A stretch of 60,608 nucleotides of DNA from Nemertoderma westbladi (taxonomy: Eukaryota > Animalia > Xenacoelomorpha). The DNA is taken from NCBI GenBank assembly GCA_032718475.1, contig JAUCBJ010001688.1, positions 1 to 60,608 of the forward strand, given 5' to 3'. Under the pieces are notes generated by a model, which saw only the letters and a list, made by a program, of their open reading frames with translations, ran no database searches and had not been told where the DNA came from. Made by a program: the position numbers and the translations under genes. Shown here in pieces: positions 1 to 12,916 of this stretch (its first letter is position 1; every line of letters begins with the position of its first letter).

Positions 1-174
1 TTAGCAACCCTTACAATTTAGTAATAGCACGCTCCTGATCCCCTTTACTTAACAGTAGAGCAGTCTTTGTGTCTTATTGGTTAGGCGGGAACTTATTAGG
101 TTGGCAGAGAAGTATACCAGTATTTGTCTGTTCAACAGTTCTGCTGTTAGTATAGAGGTCGCGGTTGTTTATCA
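1..174. repeat. Fragment of an interspersed, probably LTR-type repeat
   Basis: 137-174 (AGTTCTGCTGTTAGTATAGAGGTCGCGGTTGTTTATCA) is identical to 40660-40697, which lies inside an LTR-like insertion. Confidence 0.45.
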
Positions 175-872
175 CTCTGGGTATGGAATAATCCTCTAGC
201 GAAGATAATTCTGCCTCCCAGGTTTTCCATAAGTCCACTTGGTCTGATGAGATCGGCTCGTCCCATGTTAGTCCATCCTTCCAAATACTGCGCATATAAA
301 TTCTGGCTTGCAGTATTATTGGACTGATGAATCCTAATGGATCGAACAATCGACTCAATTTTGATAAGCAGGACCTCTTTGTCAGAGTGTTTTCTTGACT
401 GTCCAGTCTCACCTTCACTCGAAAGTTGTCCGTGTTTGGGTCCCAAAAGAGCCCCAACACCTTGGTCGTCGGTAGTGGTTCGAACTCTAGGTCAATGTCA
501 CCACCTCCACGCTCGGTCGTTCCGAATGAGTCTACCAATTCGGCACTGTTTGAGGCAAATTTGGTGAGGTTAAAACCTCCGCCCGCTAAGCAGTCCTGTA
601 ATTGATGTGCTACTGTTATAGCACGTTCTACTGTGTCACAACTCTGTAAACCATCGTCTACGTAAAAGTCACGTTCTACGATATTAATTATCTCTGGGTC
701 ATACATGTGTTTCTGATCCCTAGCGGCTTGCTTTAGGGCGTACATCGTACAGTTTGGGCTGTCCCTGGCACTGAAAACGCGAACTTGCATTTGGTAAGTC
801 GCCGGTGGTAGACTTAAGTCTCCTTCCGGGTACCAGAGGAACCTCAAACTGTCTCTGTCTCGCTCTAACGCT
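175..872 (-). mobile_element. Bel/Pao reverse transcriptase fragment, same family as the 12360-30670 element
   Basis: Translation ALERDRDSLRFLW...FYVDDGL...KVLGLFWDP...LFDPLG is nearly identical to the pol segment at ~20398-21092, with scattered substitutions. Confidence 0.95.
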
Positions 873-2330
873 GCCAAAGTACAAGATTATGTACTGGCTG
901 GTCCTCACGGCGAAAGCAATGTCCTGCAAAGCGGAGGCGATTTTGTTCTAGTGTCAAGCTTGGGGGAACCAATGAGACACCTCCAATGTTATATAGTGTC
1001 TGGTTGGAGATGTGTGCATTGTACTTGACACAATGAACCCGGCGTAGCATTCATGTGAATGTGCCATCCAGAGATTTGGTGTCCTCAGCATGGACTCCCA
1101 TAGAGGAGTACTGGAACTACTGCTGCTCTAAATAACCGGACCTTAAGTTTCCGATTAATTCTCGGTGACTTCCAAATCCTGGAAAGCCTATTCAAGGCTG
1201 CCCATGCCTTTCCCTTACGTATTCGAAGGTCCTCACCTGACTTCCGGATCCATGATCCCAGGTAACAGAAGTCATCCACATGCTCAAGCATACCACCATC
1301 TTTTGATCTTATGCTCATCCGATCAGTGACTTGCTGAGGACTTTCAAAGTTAACTGTCAAAATTTTGGTCTTTCTGGAGTTAATAAAAAGACCAACACTA
1401 GAAGCAGCATGTTCTAATGAGCTGAGGAGCCGTTGGGCTCCCTCTAGTGATTCTGAGAGTACTCCTAAGTCATCAGCAAAGTCTAGATCAGTTAGGTACT
1501 TGGCAGGATTTCCTCGACTTCTGGAGCCAGTAGGTGGAGTTATCATCACCCCATCATCATTGTGACGATCTAAAGACATGCGTAGAACATAGTCAACAAC
1601 AATTATGAACAAGAATGGTGCAAGTGTGTCTCCCTGGAGGACGCCCCATAACACTTCAAATGGTTCTGTGTCACCGTCAACAGTAGACACAAATGTTGTC
1701 GAACCATCGTATACTGATCTGATTGCTGCAATAATTTCATCAGGAATCCCTTATAATGAAAGTATGCTGAACATACATGAGCGAGAGACTGAATCAAAGG
1801 CCTTGAAGAAGTCAACAAAGATAACAGCCAGATGCCTGTCTTTCTTTTTTGATAACTCTTCAATTATCCTTCTAAGTGCCAAAATGGGCTCCATGGTCCC
1901 ACGACCTTTACGGAACCCATTCTGATTTCCACGGCAGTCTCTCAATGGGATCCCTGATGCGATTTAATATAATTCTATTGTATAGCTTTGCAGCAATCGA
2001 GATCAATGAGATTCCCCGAAAAGAACCATAGAGTGTTAGGTTGCCCTTCTTGGGAACTGGTACCAACTTATTTGTTTTCATTTCTTGTGGGATTCTTGTT
2101 GTACGGTACATGTATACTATGATGGGATAGATGAGCTTTAAACACTCAGGTATTTTAAAGACCTCAGGGGGGACACCATCTACTCCACTGGCACGATTGG
2201 TCTTAATGCTCTTTGCAGCAGCCTTCACTTCTGCAAAGGAGATATCACCAATGGGAATATCTGGGAGTACAGACTCAGACACTTTTACTTCTATAAAGTT
2301 ATCAGGCAAGTCGGCAGACCAGACCGGCAG
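870..2330 (-). mobile_element. RTE-clade non-LTR retrotransposon RT, frameshifted and truncated
   Basis: Motifs ASGVDGVPPE, PVPKKGNL..FRGISL, QNGFRKGR, VDFFKAFDSV, GVLQGDTLAPFLF, LDFADDL, YLGS spread over several frames. Confidence 0.9.
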
Positions 2331-2879
2331 ACCAGTACCGATGGCCGTCACTGGTACAGTTGTGCAGTCGTGGTCATCTATTAACAGTCTTCTGTAACAT
2401 CAACACCAAATAACAGTCTGTTAATCGAATAAATGTGTTACTTTTAAGTGTCCAGTGTTGTGCTGGTGCAACGACCGCCTAAAACTTTAACAAATTACCT
2501 GATGATGACCTGATGAATAACTGATATTGCGTCACTAGGGCTGATGCCCAAAGAAATCTGTAAACCGGAAGTAAAGAAGTTTTGGCTTCATAGACCAGAC
2601 TTTCTACAACGATCGTCACTTCAATGTCCATCGTTGTTTGACGCTGCTTCCAAAAGTATTCCTAAGGAGGCCGTGATAAAAACAAACTCCACTGTGGAAT
2701 CAAAGGCAAAAGGCTAAGGTAAGCAAAAAACCGGTCGTTCCGCCAGACTGTCCACCAGATTTTCCACCAGTCTTTCCACCAGATTTTCCACCAGAAACCT
2801 CGCCGTATACGTCTCAAGACGTGTCACTGCACATTTCGCTGGATGTTCCGCGAGATGTTTCTCTTCATGTGTAAAGAAC

Positions 2880-3113
2880 TTGTCCAGTTGGCTAAGGAAT
2901 GGTCGAGGGCTGAAGTTTGGAATTCCTATGATTTGGAGGGAGCAACAAAATCATGTCACTGATTGCTACTTCTGCATGGTTCCTCTCATAGCTGGTCACA
3001 ACAAGAAAACCAAGAAATCTCTTGTGTATCCAAAAGTTCCGTCTGCGATACTTCCAGTAGAGCACTGTGACCAGATTCCAGTGCCAGTTCCTATTAGTAT
3101 CAGTTCCTATTAA
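2880..3113 (+). mobile_element. DNA transposase N-terminal fragment (Chapaev3-like)
   Basis: PMIWREQQNHVTDCYFC...YPKVPSAILPV.H motif recalled from Chapaev3-type transposases. Confidence 0.55.
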
Positions 3114-3338
3114 GGAAACTGACGATTCAACAACTGGAACTGACGTCGTTTATCATATTAATTGTATATTTTTAGGTTCATTGTCATTGTCAAAGTAATA
3201 TAATATAATATAAAATGTAAAATAATTTGTTCTAATAATTAAGGACCTCATAACAGGAAAAATATATCAGCCCAATAATTGGTAAGCAGAATATTACCGT
3301 GTCTGATTGTGGCCACTTAATTTCAGATTTTTTATATT

Positions 3339-3555
3339 TGTCACCTGGGTGACAATTATTTATCACCCGGGTGACAATTATTTGTCACCCGGGTGACAAT
3401 TATTTGTCACCCGGGTGACAATTATTTATCACCCGGGTGACAATTATTTATCACCCGGGTGACAATTATTTATCACCCGGGTGACAATTATTTATCACCC
3501 GGGTGACAATTATTTGTCACCCGGGTGACAATTATTTATCACCCGAGTGACAATT
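3339..3555. repeat. 22-bp palindromic minisatellite, 10 copies
   Basis: Unit TCACCCGGGTGACAATTATTT(G/A) at 22-bp spacing from 3341 to 3539. Confidence 0.95.
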
Positions 3556-4376
3556 CTGCAAAGGGTGGAAACTGTATACTTTATACTGTAGTTCATGGTA
3601 CCGGTACATCCTATGTAAATACGTAATGTGGGGCTGGGCGATATAGGTGTAAGGTGTATATACTGTAATATTTTCAATACAGTACAGTACGTCATATGCT
3701 ACTTATCTTGCTGTTCTACACTGCCCTACTGTAGGCTACATAGGAATTGCAGAAATATATGTATGCTATGATAGTAGTAGTATCAGTATGTCGATTAGAC
3801 TCCCAAAATCTCGAACCCAAGGCCGCATTCGGCATGGAAGGCGTGCACTATTGTCAGAATTGAGATGCCAAATAACATCGCGAGTAGAAGATATAAATTC
3901 GGAAATGTCTGATGGCAGCTCAGATGATATCGTTAACTCACAATCAATCGCAACAGCCCGCTCCAATAGATTACAATCTACTGCTACAGGTTCGACTATT
4001 ACAGCACCCATATCATCTTCTTTAAGAGTGGGACGTGGACGTCCTATGACAACGACTAATACTGTTGTTGTCAAAGTGAAAGTACTCCAAGGGAATGATT
4101 CTGTTTTGGTTCGAAAACCACTTGGAGAAACAAATGCAATAAAAATTCCGCTACCAATGGATGCTGATATTAACGACGCTGTAAGTGTAGTTGTTGGAAA
4201 GCTTTTCGGGGGAAGAAAATTTCAATAAATCCCTTGATGCTTTGGGCTTTCCGGGTAATAAAGATTCCTATGTTATCCATTTCGGAAATATGAGTGGTAA
4301 TTCTTTGGCGGCTTATAAAACGCTTCGAGAATAATATGTTGTGGATAAATGTGTATTAACAGACAGATCAATTATT

Positions 4377-4558
4377 CTGCACAACTACAGTACAAAAATA
4401 CGATTTGGTAACTGCACAACTACAGAACAAAAATACGATTTGGTAAATGTGCACAATTACAGTACAAAAATACGATTTAGTAAATCTGCACAACTACAGT
4501 ATAGAAATACTATTTAGTAAATCTGCACAACTACAGTACAAAAATACGATCTAGTAAG
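4377..4558. repeat. ~36-38-bp tandem repeat, ~5 copies
   Basis: Unit CTGCACAACTACAGTACAAAAATACGATTTGGTAA. Confidence 0.9.
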
Positions 4559-5084
4559 TTTGCCTTATCGGGCAGGCCCGATAAGCATAGCCTATTCATT
4601 ATTTAGTTGATCAAGAGTGGGTTGGTTCAGCCCCGTCAACTAAATAAGTCATTGGGGGCTATAGCGCCTAGGGCACCATTGAAGGCAAAGGCTTGATACT
4701 CATCTGCATTAGAGATGATACAAGCCCCGCCCTGTCTATACTGGATGCTCCTCTACCAGTGTTAGGTAACCTAACCCAGGAGGCACACTTGGTTCAGGGT
4801 GTAACAAATGGACCCCTACAGTCGGCAGCAGGGCTGTAGGCCATGAATAGGCGGAAGGTAATCAACCAATGGCTAGACATGCTGACAAGGTCGGCGGAAG
4901 GTAATCAACCAACGGCAACCTACTGCGAAGACGCTTGTAGGAGTTGCGACCACAAGCGGTTTACTCCCGCAACTGAAAGATATGAGTATGAGAACCCTCC
5001 AGGAGAAATACCAGCTCGGTCGTCGCCCGGGTCAACAAGGACCGCGTCCCTCAGTGGTACACCAGGCTGGGGTCGATAAATTGG

Positions 5085-6060
5085 CTACTGGAACATACCA
5101 GAATATATCAAAAATCCAATGAATCCAGTTAACTCTTCCAGTGTAAATGGAGTAAAGGCAGGTGAGTTCCACAAACCCTCTTCATTTGAGTACTTCAGAA
5201 CCACCGACATCAATGCAACATTGAACAACAACTGGAATGCATGTATTGGTTCTACAATATTCAAATCTCGAACATGTCGGGGCAATCCTGAAAAAAATAA
5301 AATAAAACAAATTTAGACAATAGGCTACTGCTACTGGTAGCCAACAAGTAGGGCATACCTAAATAACTTAAAATTAAAATTATTTGGATTGGATAGATCT
5401 TATAGATCTACAGATCTAGATAGCCTCAACTGATATTATCTGTCAGGCTAGACATCTATAGCCACATCGATCGGGTACAGGCTATATCAGTATATGGTAT
5501 GCCCACCACAGCTCATACAAACAAACTACTACAGCCTACTACTACCTACTACAGTACCGGTACTACAACAAACCGGCAAACAAACCTGAAGATGAACGGC
5601 AAATATTTATCTCACGAGTCTTTCCTGTGGTTGGAGCCTTACTGGCCCACAAATCAGTCACCACAACTTTCTTATTTACAAGTTTGTGAAAGACGCCAGA
5701 AGGTACATGTAGAGGCGGTATTGGTACCGGTACATCATGTGGTTGAGCTGATTCACCATCGGTACTGGTACCAGCATGACCAGTTGCAGTTGTAAGTGTT
5801 GTACCGGTAGGCAAATCCACAGAATCATCTCCAGATCCAGATGATGATTGAGATTCTACATTATCAGCTTCTGAATTCGACCATTGAAGCCCATCTTCAA
5901 CATCAGAAAGGCAACCTTCCTCCTCAGACTCACTTTCGAAATCGGGCCTATCAAAGAATAGATCTTGACGGGGTATGCGAGTTCTCCTTGGATATTCCTT
6001 GCGCGATGGGGTATCGTCCAAACGAGACGGCCTGAATCCTTCATTTTTAACCATGAACAA
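5085..6060 (-). mobile_element. piggyBac-like transposase 5' remnant, probably with an intron
   Basis: Acidic N-terminus (ESESEEEG..SDVED) followed by FQLLF...YSN...EELTGFIGFLIYSG, typical of piggyBac DDE_Tnp_1_7 N-termini; minus-strand TTTTTTTCAG acceptor near 5288. Confidence 0.65.
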
Positions 6061-6256
6061 AACGACAGGCAGTGACAGGACAGGTCAATGCAGGTTGAAC
6101 GTGAACACACTGTACAGGTACTGGTACAGACTGCTGACTGGCCTATGTAGAGTACGGGTACTGCTGTACGGTATACAGGTATAGTGTATATATGTATGCA
6201 CAAGGCCTACTAGAGAACCTTAGGCCTTGGTATAGCAGTACTGCAGTAGCATACTC

Positions 6257-6782
6257 GCTTAGTAGTGTGATTAATTTAACACCCGCCACACCCCACCCGC
6301 ACTAAGTACTGTGGTTAATTTAACACCTGTCCCACCCAACCCGCGCTTAGTACTATGGTTAATTTAACACCTGTCCCACACAACCCGCGATTAGTACTGT
6401 GGTCGATTTAACACCTTCCCCATCCCACCCGCGCTTAGTATTGTGGTTAATTTAACACCCCCCCCCCCCCCCCCCTCCCGCGCTTAGTACTGTGGTTGAT
6501 TTACACCTGCCCACCCCACCCGCGCTTGTTACTATGGTTGATCTACCACCCCCCACCTGCGCTTAGTAGTGTGGTTAATTTAACACCTGCCCCACCCCAC
6601 CCGCACTATGTACTGTGGTTAATTTAACACACGTCCCACCCTACCCGCGCTTTGTAGTGTGGTTAATTTAACACCTTCCCCACACCCACCCGCGCTTAGT
6701 ATTGTGGCTGATTTACCACCTTTCCCACCCACCCCCTTGTGGTCGATTTAACACCCGCCCCACGCCATCTGCGCTTATTACT
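6257..6782. repeat. ~40-44-bp C-rich minisatellite, ~12 copies
   Basis: Unit CTTAGTACTGTGGTTAATTTAACACCTGTCCCACCCCACCCGCG. Confidence 0.9.
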
Positions 6783-7264
6783 ACACACTATTCAATGAAT
6801 TTATAAAATACATAAATAAAATACATATTTATATTCTCCTCTTGAATAACTCTCTGTTATAAGTATTACATAACTTACTACTAGAAGTTATAAACTATAA
6901 TAACCGACATTTTATTACTAGATTCTCAGTCCACGGCTTCCATTTCCGAATATGTTGCACGAAGGGATTCCACCAACCCGCTGACAGCTGTGTGTGTAAT
7001 TTATGTGGTGAGGCCGCCCCGCTATATCACCTCATCGCCTGTTCCAGAAATACGAAACCGCAACTGCCTGGGCTTCATTATAAATCCACTACACAAATTT
7101 ATAACTCTTTTATTTGATGGTTTTTATATTTATTTTATCATTTTGTGCTAATAATTTTAATGCAATTGTGTACAGTAGTCGGTGCCAAACTTTGGCTTAA
7201 TAAATAAATATTATAACTTATTACTAGAAGTTATAAAGTTTAATCTAATATTTAATATTTTCAG

Positions 7265-9139
7265 AGATGTGATATGCGGTCTCACCTTTCATATATTGCA
7301 CAAAGATCGCGATGCATCGGAGCGATTTTTCAGAATGGGAATTCGAACCGGAGCCACTATTAGATTAGAGGAACTGGAATTCCAGTCCTCAACGAGGGGT
7401 GTTGGCATTTATAGCACTGATTGCCCTGTCCAAGTCTTCCGACAACCCCTCCAGACATTTACGGAACTGTACTTCAACTCGCCAGTGCTATCCGGATTTG
7501 CCATTTTTATGGAACACTTAGATTTGCAATCTGTAAGTATTTATTTATTATATAATCTAACCATTCATATTATGGGGGTGGAAGGAGATATACCGTTTTT
7601 TGACAACCTTTTAGATTTATAATTCTCAAATTATCATAATTTTTAGGGTTTTGTATTTATTTTGTAATATACGTAGGTACCCAATGTGATATTCTACATT
7701 ACAGGTCAGAATTTTTTTTTTTCGTTATTTAATATTAGTTAATACTATTTAAAAATTAAAGAATCTTGCTTGGTCTTAAAACCCTAAGGCTTTTACAGTT
7801 TTGAATTTAATCACCTTAAATTTATTTAATATGATAGATGAGGGATGGCATTACAAACTATCGCGCTAATTTTGATGAAAATAAACCTTCTCCTCTATAA
7901 GGCGCCTCAAATTTATACTGAACTAAATTTATACTTAGTATTATTATAAATAGTATTAACTAAATATTTCAAAAAGTTATACGTTGTTCAAAAATTTGTG
8001 CAGGGTTACTATGTAAGCACCCACATGAATTTTCAGACTTATTGCTCAAATATTTTACATGTGGTAGGTTTTTTAAAAAACATTTAAAGATAATAGACAT
8101 TGCAATTTTTACATAAATAGTAATTTCAATAGGTTTTTCTACATGAATTCCTTATAAGTTAAAAAGTAAAACAGGTATTAAATAGCGGTTTTCTGATTTA
8201 ATTTTGCATTATAATAGAAAATAGATCATAAAAAGAATTTCGAAACATTACCAAAATAACCCCCCCCCCCCCCCCCCCCATAAAACATTTACATTTACAG
8301 AGTTTATTTGATTTTTTAAAAAGCAACCGATAAATTATTGCTGAACTTAATGTTCTACAACATTTGGTTTATTTAACGAAGGAATATGTATCTTCAAATG
8401 TATATGAATATTAATATTAAATAAATAATAATTAAAAAGCAATGCATAAGTTTCTCAGTATCGGACGCAATGCTGCATTATTATGTTGTATAAAATTATT
8501 TTTTCTACTTGAGTTATAATGATAATTATTAAATTTTAAGATAACAATGATATCCTCCTGCAAAGGAGCGATTTGCGACGGGGTTTCGGGCCCGTATGCG
8601 AACTGTAGCTGTTACGATTCTAAGCTTTCTTTCACTTCGATATGGACTATAAAAGCTAAAGTAACTATACTGGGATCTATTGATAAGGAGGGGGAAGTTG
8701 TTCAACCGCATCCGTTTAAATCTAAATCCTTTACATTATTATTTTCCAACGAGTTTGCACTAACCGTAAGTTTATTATATTTTTTTAATAATTATTTACA
8801 ATGTTTAATATCTTATAATAAATATGTTTGATATAAATTTAAATTAATTGTATCGTATTTCTGAACAAAGTGTTTTCAGAAAAGATATGTAATTAATTTA
8901 ATATTATTTAGACCCGGAATCAGCCATTTCCTAACGTTGATCTGAGAAGACACATCCGTGAGCAATTAAGATGATACGAGGCTGAAGGAAATGGCTGGGA
9001 TGTGACGGGGTGGTGGAAGTCGGCAGCTCAGGCAGAAAAAAGTGAGGGAGAAAAGGAGTGGGAACCTGCCCGGCTCCATGTAACATCAATAACGCCCACT
9101 AATATACAATATCGATTTCGGCAAATACAAGGTATATAA
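7265..9139 (+). pseudogene. Unknown Cys-containing gene family, copy A (exons 7265-7532, 8541-8765, 8912-9139)
   Basis: GT-AG bounded, phase-compatible exons. Homologous to copies at 35988-37245(-) and 43428-44130(+). One in-frame TGA in the last exon. Confidence 0.6.
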
Positions 9140-9689
9140 ATTTACTATTAACAAAACAGGAGAATATTTAATTTATCCTTTTTTAAAATAATATTTTTTA
9201 AAATTGTATAATTTATTGTTTTGGTTACATCTACCCGAATCAGTTGTTAGGACTGGACAGGAACTGGGGGAGTATCCACTCGGACATATCTGCTAACATA
9301 TGGGGCACTGTCGCTGTTAGCCTGCTGCGAAAAACTCGTTGGTGATGGATAAATTACATCTGCAGGATCTGCATCATATAAGTACATTGGTGCCATATCA
9401 ACTAGGTTACTAGAACGAAGATTGAAAAACCTAACTTTCAATTTCTTTAGGTTAAACATTAATTTTAATTCAAAATATTGCAGAATATCTAATTGCGAAT
9501 AATGTAGGCCAACCGCAACAAAATCATGGGTCGCAATTGTCCGGGTCGCAATTGTCCGGACACTGTGGCACGGTAATGCTCAACCTTTTCGGATACAGAC
9601 AACACAGCCATAAGATTCAAAAAATTACATTCTGTATAGAAATTGAAGTAATTGGTCAACATCTAACGTGACAAAATCATAAAAAATGG

Positions 9690-11420
9690 ACATGCTATTC
9701 ATTGGCTTCCTATATGGATTACGGGACATTTCAGATGGCAGTATATAAATATAATATTGCTTGTCCACAGTACCCTCTAAAAGTTGCAGACAGGATCTCG
9801 AAAGGGTTAATTTTATAATGAACTTATGTTTAATATTTTCAGACGCAACTACAGATGATCTACCATTGATGACTTACCATGCTGCCACCACTATCTCCAC
9901 CCAAACCACCACCATTGGCACCCAAACCATCGAGACGAGGGTGGAAGCAGTCACTCCCTACTTACAAGATTTATTGACCCAGTTTATATGGCCCAGTTGG
10001 AGAAGAATCGGTACTACCTTTCTTCCATTATAGACATTGTGCGATTTCTTAAGGTAAATGGTCTCCCCTTGCGCGGTGATAAGGAAGATAACATAAGACA
10101 ATGTATAACTACATTAGACTACTACTACTACTACTAGGATCGGCATGCTGCATTGCAGCTGCATTTTTAAGAATGCTGTGCCGGCTTATCGACAAAATTG
10201 CACCGCCAAATTCCCTATCACCCATGACATTTGCTAGATCATCCGCATCTTCAAGGCCAGTGTCCTTTAAGATGCGTCTCAAGAAAGTCATGGGCTGTCC
10301 ACCATGCTTATTCACTCCATGAGGCTGCCAAAGTACAAGATTATGCACTGGCTGGTCCTCACGGCGAAAGCAATGTCCTGCAAAGCGGAGGCGATTTTGT
10401 TCTAGTGTCAAGCTTGGGGGAACCAATGAGACACCTCCAATGTTATATAATGTCTCGTTGGAGATGTGTGCATTGTACTTGACACAATGAACCCGGCGTA
10501 GCATTCTTGTGAATGTGCCATCCAGAGAATTGGTGTACTCAGCAGTTAGAGCCCAGCATGGACTCCCATAGAGGAGTACTGGAACTACTGCTGCTCTAAA
10601 TAATCAGACCTCAAGTTTCCGATTAATTTTCGGTGACTTCCAAATCCTGGAAAGCCTATTCAAGGCTGCCCATGCCTTTCCCTTACGTATTCGAAGGTCC
10701 TCACCTGACTTCCGGATCCATGATCCCAGGTAACAGAAGTCATCCACATGCTCAAGCATACCATCTTTTGAGCTTATGCTCATCCGATCAGAGACTTGCT
10801 GAGGACTTTCAAAGTTAACTGTCAAAATTTTGGTCTTTCTGGAGATTATAAAAAGACCAACACTAGAAGCAGCATGTTCTAATGAGCTGAGGAGCCGTTT
10901 GGCTCCCTCTAGTGATTCTGAGAGTTCTCCTAAGTCATCAGCAAAGTCTAGATCAGTTAGGTACTTGGCAGGATTTCCTCTACTTCTGGAGCCAGTAGGT
11001 GGAGTTATCATCACCCCATCATCATTATGATGATATAAGGACATGCGTAGAACATAGTCAACAACAATTATGAACAATAATGGTGCAAGTGTGTCTCCCT
11101 GGAGGATGCCCCATAACACTTCAAATGGTTCTGTGTCACCGTCAACAGTAGACACAAATGTTGTCGAACCATCGTATACTGATCTGATTGCTGCAATAAT
11201 TTCATCAGGAATCCCATATAATGAAAGTATGCTGAACATGAAAGAACAGAAAGATGGTGACATACAGTTTAGAATACATGATCCATTTCCAGGTGATCCA
11301 GGGTCATCAGAGGCAGTGGAAAATTCTCTACAGAAATTATGCCTACATTTTTTTTATCAGAAAACCGAAAGTGGTTAGTTGTTGTCATGGATGGTTTGCC
11401 ATATTCTCTGGCTATTGATA
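9690..11420 (+). mobile_element. hAT-like transposase remnant interrupted by an RTE copy
   Basis: DIVRFLKVNGLPLRGD at ~10033-10080 resembles the DUF4371 FLxxxGLxxRG motif; PYSLAID at ~11400 resembles the first catalytic Asp region. Confidence 0.4.
10119..11238 (-). mobile_element. RTE LINE, 5'-truncated copy with 3' end and (TAG)n tail
   Basis: Near-identical to 870-1775. (CTA)n at 10119-10136 corresponds to a minus-strand microsatellite tail. Confidence 0.92.
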
Positions 11421-11701
11421 TTCTAAAAAAAATACGGAGCTGGCATCACAAATTATATTAAAGCCTGGACTTGGACATATTCACAAAATTTTTATGGATC
11501 TATTTGAGATATAATTCCATATAACATAATGCATAACTATATAATAATTCAGCTGGTCGAGACAATGACAAATATAGAATAGGCCCTATAACAATATTAT
11601 AGATATATAATAATAATGAAATTTATAGAGGCACATAAATAATGGCTATAATAATGTAGCACATACTGAATTTGTAAGCCGGAAGTGTTTTCGAAATATT
11701 T

Positions 11702-12126
11702 AGTTTGAATTTATTTGCATTATTTTCCATTTAAATAGTTAAGTTTTTACGTTATTCAAAGATTATATTATGAAGTCCTTGTTGCATTGGTATAGTACAA
11801 AATTGTGGGTTTGTGCTTAACGCGTATGTGTATGTATGTCATACATACACATACGCGTTAAGCACAAACCCACAATTTTGTACTATACCAATGCAACAAG
11901 GACTTCATAATATAATCTTTGAATAACGTAAAAACTTAACTATTTAAATGGAAAATAATGCAAATCAATAACACAAATAATGTGTATGTCATACATACAC
12001 ATACGCGTTAAGCACAAACCCACAATTTTGTACTATACCAATGCAACAAGGACTTCATAATATAATCTTTGAATAACGTAAAAACTTAACTATTTAAATG
12101 GAAAATAATGCAAATAAATTCAAACT
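11702..12126. repeat. Perfect foldback (126-bp arms, 1-nt spacer) plus tandem duplicate of one arm
   Basis: 11713-11838 is the reverse complement of 11840-11965; 11990-12126 is the reverse complement of 11702-11838. Confidence 0.95.
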
Positions 12127-12483
12127 GTATGTGTATGTAAATTGTATGTGTACGTATTCTGCACAGTTCCCATAGCATACGGCATGCTACGGGAAATCCC
12201 TAACGTATACCCATAGAATGTGCACTTATTAATATAGTGTTAGGTAGCTACCGGTACCGGCTAATCCGGCCACCACCTGCATAAAACCATTCTGCCAGTT
12301 CTCAACTGTCAGACAGTTGCATGTTGTGGAGATAAGCTGTCTGGCTGTACAGCTGTAGGTATAGAATTATATTCCCTAAATGCCGTGGATTTTCAAAATT
12401 TTATTTTAATCGAATTAACTTTGTAAAGATTGCTTTGAGTTCTCATTAGTATTGGTTCTATCTATTGTGTATCTATCGGTCAA

Positions 12484-12572
12484 GTGGTTCAGTAGCTCAG
12501 TTGGTAGAGCGTTGGAAATTATATGTGTAGTAGGTATCGAGTTCGAATCCTAGTAAGTGCGAATTATTTTTT
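12484..12572 (+). ncRNA. tRNA-like Pol III unit in the 5' LTR (not a canonical tRNA)
   Basis: A-box TAGCTCAGTTGG, D-arm GCTC..GAGC, B-box GTTCGAATCC, T6 run at ~12567-12572; no intact anticodon arm or 3' acceptor strand. Confidence 0.6.
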
Positions 12573-12629
12573 GTGCAGAATTTCAACTCATTTAAATTAA
12601 CCGCTACAAATTAATTGCATTTGTCTGTA

Positions 12630-12916
12630 CCAATAAGGCTGTAGTTATTTGATTGTAACCAATGTCGTGCAAGTTATATATTAGCTGGACCAATAAGCTA
12701 TCTTTAAAACCTTGTTAGAACCCATAGAACAATCGAGAATTTTCTCGATTGATTGCGGCACAAATTTAGTATATAAAGGTGCGATTTCGTTCATTAGTAT
12801 ACTTTATATCTCTCAATCTTATATCTCAATCTTTCTCAGATTATCTTATCAATATTCTGTCGTGCTTAGTTTATTCTCAGATTACATTGTATTATAATTG
12901 TGTCTTCTGTAATAAA
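12630..12916 (+). promoter_or_regulatory. Putative LTR Pol II promoter and polyadenylation signal
   Basis: Three CCAAT boxes (~12630, 12659, 12690), TATATAAA at ~12770, AATAAA at 12911. Confidence 0.55.

Noticed and set aside
74-877. 267-aa ORF as a standalone gene
   Set aside because: Chimeric reading across three repeat fragments; the core is a Pao RT piece.
3788-4228. 146-aa ORF as a host gene
   Set aside because: No recognisable domain; cannot be supported.
3339-6782. Tandem arrays as CRISPR
   Set aside because: No unique spacers, no cas genes, eukaryotic context.
12484-12572. Functional tRNA gene
   Set aside because: No anticodon stem or matching 3' acceptor strand.
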